Part shown: positions 59,295 through 64,000 of the stretch, piece by piece
Layout of the letters: each line of letters begins with the position of its first letter
How positions within the stretch are numbered: the first letter of the stretch is position 1
Origin: Rhodospirillaceae bacterium
GTDB taxonomy: Bacteria > Pseudomonadota > Alphaproteobacteria > Thalassobaculales > Thalassobaculaceae
DNA length: 64,000 nucleotides
Reading direction: 5' to 3'
NCBI GenBank assembly: GCA_002708305.1
Contig: PANE01000027.1
Location: 24,244 to 88,243 of the forward strand
Made by a program: the position numbers and the translations under genes
The notes under the pieces: generated by a model
Database searches by the model: none
What the model was told of the DNA's origin: nothing
What the model saw: only the letters and a program-made list of their open reading frames with translations

Positions 59295-59525
59295 TTGGCG
59301 GAAGAGAAATCGCAAAACGTTCAAGAGGCGTTTTTGAATGCGATAAGAAAAGAGAAAATGGCGGTAACGGTTTTTTTGATTAACGGTGTTAAATTGCAAG
59401 GTATAGTTACATGGTTTGATAATTTCTCGCTTTTATTAAAGAGAGAGGCTCACGTTCAGCTTGTCTATAAACACGCCGTGTCAACTATAATGCCTACGGA
59501 ACCATTAGATTTAGACAACTCATAG
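59295..59525 (+). CDS. hfq: RNA chaperone Hfq
   Basis: 76 aa. [18 protein letters not shown] and [12 protein letters not shown] (Sm1/Sm2). TTG start aligned to the canonical M-A-E N-terminus, with a GAAGGGAG Shine-Dalgarno 6 nt upstream. Confidence 0.95.
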   Translation: MAEEKSQNVQEAFLNAIRKEKMAVTVFLINGVKLQGIVTWFDNFSLLLKREAHVQLVYKHAVSTIMPTEPLDLDNS

Positions 59526-59583
59526 ATTATAGCAATTAATTTTATTTTGACTTTCATAAAAAAACTCCTTTGGGCGCGTATTC

Positions 59584-60885
59584 ATGGTAGCTAAGGCAAT
59601 AGTTTTGCACCCAAATTCTAAAAAGAATTTAATGCAGCAAGATGGGCTAAAAAACCAAAATAATTCTGCAGAATCTCAAATGACTGAGATCCTGAGCCTT
59701 GCCGGTTCCATCAGTCTTAATATCACGCATTCCGAAATAGTAGCAGTTAATAAAATTCGTTCTTCTACACTGTTTGGGAAGGGCGTGATAGATCGGTTGG
59801 TGCCTATCATTGAGACAACTAGTGCAACCATAATAATCGTTAATTGCAATCTGTCACCCATACAGCAGAGAAATTTAGAGTTGGCTTGGAAGTCTAAAGT
59901 AATTGATAGAACAGGGCTTATCTTAGAAATTTTTGGCGCTAGAGCTAGAACTCATGAGGGGCGTCTGCAGGTTGAATTAGCAGCATTGTCTTTTCAACGG
60001 AGTAGATTAGTTCGTTCCTGGACCCATTTAGAACGGCAACGTGGTGGGGCCGGGTTTTTAGGTGGTCCTGGTGAAAGCCAAATTGAACTTGATCGTCGAC
60101 AGATAGATGGAAAAATTAATCAAATAAAAGTAGCTTTAAAAAGGGTCACAAAAACACGCCTACTTCATAGAAAAGCGAGAACTAGAAAACCGTTTCCAAT
60201 TGTTGCATTCGTAGGCTACACGAATGCTGGGAAGTCGACACTTTTTAATAGATTAACCGGAGCTGATGTTCTGGCTGATAATATGTTATTTGCAACATTA
60301 GATCCCACAATGCGCGAAATTTCTCTACCCTCAGGAAAAAAAATTATACTATCAGATACTGTTGGCTTTGTATCAAATTTACCCACGCATCTAGTTGCCG
60401 CTTTTAAAGCGACTTTAGAGGAGGTGATTGAGGCTGACATAATCGTGCACGTCAGAGATGTTAGTCATCCGGAGTCTAACTCCCAAAAATATGATGTTGA
60501 GCAAGTCCTGAGGCATCTGGGTGTTAACAAGCATGAAGCTACTAGCAGAATAATTGAAGTGTTAAATAAATCAGACAAATTAGACCTAGAAGTACACAAA
60601 CAATTAAAAGCAAATTCAACTACTGATGAAATCTTGCTCTCAGCTGTGACGGGTGAAGGTTGTTCTGATTTCTGTATGTTAATTGATGAATATTTAAACG
60701 TCGATGAAACGGTGTATAATTTTCAAATAAATAGTAAAGATAGTGGGGCAATTGCATGGCTCTATGAATATGGAAATGTGAAGAAAAAACTATTTAAGAT
60801 TGATTGCTGTAACATAACAGTCTCGTTATCTGTCCTTAATGCCAATCGGTTTAGTCAACGTTTTGGAGATTTGCGAATTTTTTAA
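59584..60885 (+). CDS. hflX: GTPase HflX
   Basis: 433 aa. HflX N-domain (LILEIFGARARTHEGRLQVELA) and G-motifs GYTNAGKST, DTVGF and NKSD. Follows hfq. Confidence 0.9.
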   Translation: MVAKAIVLHPNSKKNLMQQDGLKNQNNSAESQMTEILSLAGSISLNITHSEIVAVNKIRSSTLFGKGVIDRLVPIIETTSATIIIVNCNLSPIQQRNLELAWKSKVIDRTGLILEIFGARARTHEGRLQVELAALSFQRSRLVRSWTHLERQRGGAGFLGGPGESQIELDRRQIDGKINQIKVALKRVTKTRLLHRKARTRKPFPIVAFVGYTNAGKSTLFNRLTGADVLADNMLFATLDPTMREISLPSGKKIILSDTVGFVSNLPTHLVAAFKATLEEVIEADIIVHVRDVSHPESNSQKYDVEQVLRHLGVNKHEATSRIIEVLNKSDKLDLEVHKQLKANSTTDEILLSAVTGEGCSDFCMLIDEYLNVDETVYNFQINSKDSGAIAWLYEYGNVKKKLFKIDCCNITVSLSVLNANRFSQRFGDLRIF

Positions 60886-60956
60886 TGAAACAAAATGTGA
60901 CGTTTGATTAATTAAAACCAAAAATAAAAAAAATTGGACAATTTGGTGTGATTTTT

Positions 60957-60983
60957 CTGGCGCTCGAAGCATTAGAGTGCTAA
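60957..60983 (+). promoter_or_regulatory. degenerate CIRCE-like inverted repeat (HrcA operator candidate)
   Basis: CTGGCGCTC-N9-GAGTGCTAA against the consensus TTAGCACTC-N9-GAGTGCTAA. The right arm is perfect and the left arm matches 6 of 9. Lies 45 nt upstream of the groES ATG. Confidence 0.45.
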
Positions 60984-61027
60984 AGAAAGTCGCTTTATTT
61001 TTTGACATCATTTTTTGGGAGTTATTT

Positions 61028-61315
61028 ATGGCGTTTCGCCCACTTCATGACCGTGTGGTCGTTCAGGCACTTGAGAGTGAATCAAAGACAGCAGGAGGAA
61101 TTATTATTCCTGATACTGCTAAGGAAAAACCAAGCCAGGGTAAAATATTGTCCGTTGGTCCTGGAGCACGAGATAGCGACGGGCAAGTGGTTCCACTTGA
61201 ATTAAAAAAGGGTGATACCGTGCTTTATGGTAAGTACTCCGGGACAGAAGTTAAGATAGATGGCAAGGATATGCTAATTATGCGAGAATCCGATGTCATG
61301 GGGGTTGTAGAGTAA
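61028..61315 (+). CDS. groES: co-chaperonin GroES
   Basis: 95 aa from [12 protein letters not shown]. The ORF-track start at 60977 lies inside the CIRCE-like element and adds non-homologous residues. Confidence 0.95.
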   Translation: MAFRPLHDRVVVQALESESKTAGGIIIPDTAKEKPSQGKILSVGPGARDSDGQVVPLELKKGDTVLYGKYSGTEVKIDGKDMLIMRESDVMGVVE

Positions 61316-61383
61316 ATATTTGTGCCTGTTGCAAAAAAAATCATCAACACCATATAAGTAACAAATTGATTAATCTGAAATAA

Positions 61384-63075
<1,692 letters not shown>

Positions 63076-63100
63076 TATATCAATCAATTTTGAAATGTTT

Positions 63101-63129
63101 TGGGGCCGCTCCTTGCGGCCCCATTTTTT
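63101..63129 (+). terminator. rho-independent terminator of groESL
   Basis: GGGGCCGC-TCCTT-GCGGCCCC hairpin (8-bp GC stem) followed by ATTTTTTA, 26 nt after the groEL stop. Confidence 0.8.
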
Positions 63130-63156
63130 AATGGTAAATTCACAGTGACTGACTTA

Positions 63157-63981
63157 ATGAAAAATGTTGTTGCGGTTATTAAAGAAACTGCAAACGAACT
63201 CATTTTACCTAGATTTAAGGCATTAACCTCAGAACAGATAAAAGAGAAGAATGGCCCTGGTGATTTGGTCACAATTGCTGATATTGAAGCGGAAGAAAAA
63301 TTATCCAAAGCTTTTAAACAATTAGTTATAGGGTCACAGGTTGTTGGAGAAGAAATCACTTCAAAAAAGCCCGATACAATTAACCTATTATCTAGCGAGC
63401 CGCTCGTTTGGGTCATTGATCCAATTGATGGTACAAAAAATTTCACTAAGGGAATTGATCTTTTTTGCACAATGGTGTGCCTTGTAAGATTTGGGGCGCC
63501 CGTACTAGCAGTCATTTTTGATCCGTTAAATGACAGATATATAGCAGCAGAAGAGGGCAGTGGCTCCTGGTTGCATGAAGTTACTAGTATTTCGGCAGAG
63601 AAACTTAAAGTCTGTGAAGCTGTTGATCTGGAGCAGATGTCGGGCTTTTTAAGCCTCGGGGGCTTTAGGGACAGAGCAACAAGAGATAAAATGAGAAGTT
63701 TAGCTAGTCAAATTTTTAAAGGTTATGACAACTTAGGTTGTTCTGGACATGAGTATGTCCAACTAGTGACGGATGAGAAGCATTTTACAATTAACTATAG
63801 GACGTTTCCTTGGGACCACTTACCAGGTAGTTTAATTCATTCAGAAGCTGGGGGATATCAGGCGAGTTTTGATGGTGAAAAATACGACCCAACTAAGCTT
63901 ACAAAAGGACTTATTACGGCACCTAACGAATTGGCCTGGAAAAAAATTCGGAAAAAATTCCTTCATAGTTATTTAAGTTAA
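63157..63981 (+). CDS. inositol monophosphatase-family protein
   Basis: WVIDPIDGTKNF motif. The start is placed at Met 63157 (MKNVVAVIKE..) because the ORF-track start at 63100 lies inside the groEL terminator hairpin. Confidence 0.8.
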   Translation: MKNVVAVIKETANELILPRFKALTSEQIKEKNGPGDLVTIADIEAEEKLSKAFKQLVIGSQVVGEEITSKKPDTINLLSSEPLVWVIDPIDGTKNFTKGIDLFCTMVCLVRFGAPVLAVIFDPLNDRYIAAEEGSGSWLHEVTSISAEKLKVCEAVDLEQMSGFLSLGGFRDRATRDKMRSLASQIFKGYDNLGCSGHEYVQLVTDEKHFTINYRTFPWDHLPGSLIHSEAGGYQASFDGEKYDPTKLTKGLITAPNELAWKKIRKKFLHSYLS

Positions 63982-64000
63982 ACAATTAAAGGCCCAACAT

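Overview
This 64 kb segment is AT-rich (about 40% GC by eye, not computed) and densely coding. The synteny dusB(nifR3)-ntrBC-ntrYX-trkA-hfq-hflX, a fused ispDF and groESL point to an alphaproteobacterial chromosome, probably a marine one. I found no rRNA, tRNA, CRISPR array, transposase, integrase or recognisable phage-defence genes.

Layout:
- 0-6.9 kb: C-P lyase genes phnGHIJKL with divergent phnF, a convergent phnN, and a decayed HD-domain phosphonate-oxygenase relic.
- 6.9-14 kb: an uncharacterised catabolic cluster (cupin, TPP enzyme, BKACE/DUF849, DDAH-like hydrolase, class I CoA-transferase A/B, class III CaiB-like CoA-transferase).
- 14-22.6 kb: housekeeping and miscellaneous genes (msrB, hydroxyacid dehydrogenase, arsC, aldo/keto reductase, TcuA-like flavoprotein, typA, and others).
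- 22.6-33 kb: a form II Mo-hydroxylase locus. It has coxSLM with the AYRGAGR motif and the maturation operon coxD-coxE-xdhC-xdhC-MoCF/MocA fusion-NifU-like. An opposite-strand nitroreductase and a coxE pseudogene fragment interrupt it.
- 33-37 kb: metA, fghA, adhC and a tail-anchored coxG.
- 37-44.7 kb: a ten-gene Mrp-like membrane module in Mbh-type gene order with three antiporter-like subunits.
- 44.8-64 kb: conserved core genes.

The best candidates for undescribed biology are the Mrp/Mbh-like module plus coxG, and the BKACE/DDAH/CoA-transferase cluster. Both calls are inferences from gene content, not demonstrated systems. Smaller sequence-level observations:
- two multi-lesion pseudogene relics;
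- a probable ATT (non-canonical) start for the DDAH-like gene;
- a TTG start for hfq;
- a HutC-type palindrome in front of phnG;
- a degenerate CIRCE element;
- a strong groEL terminator.
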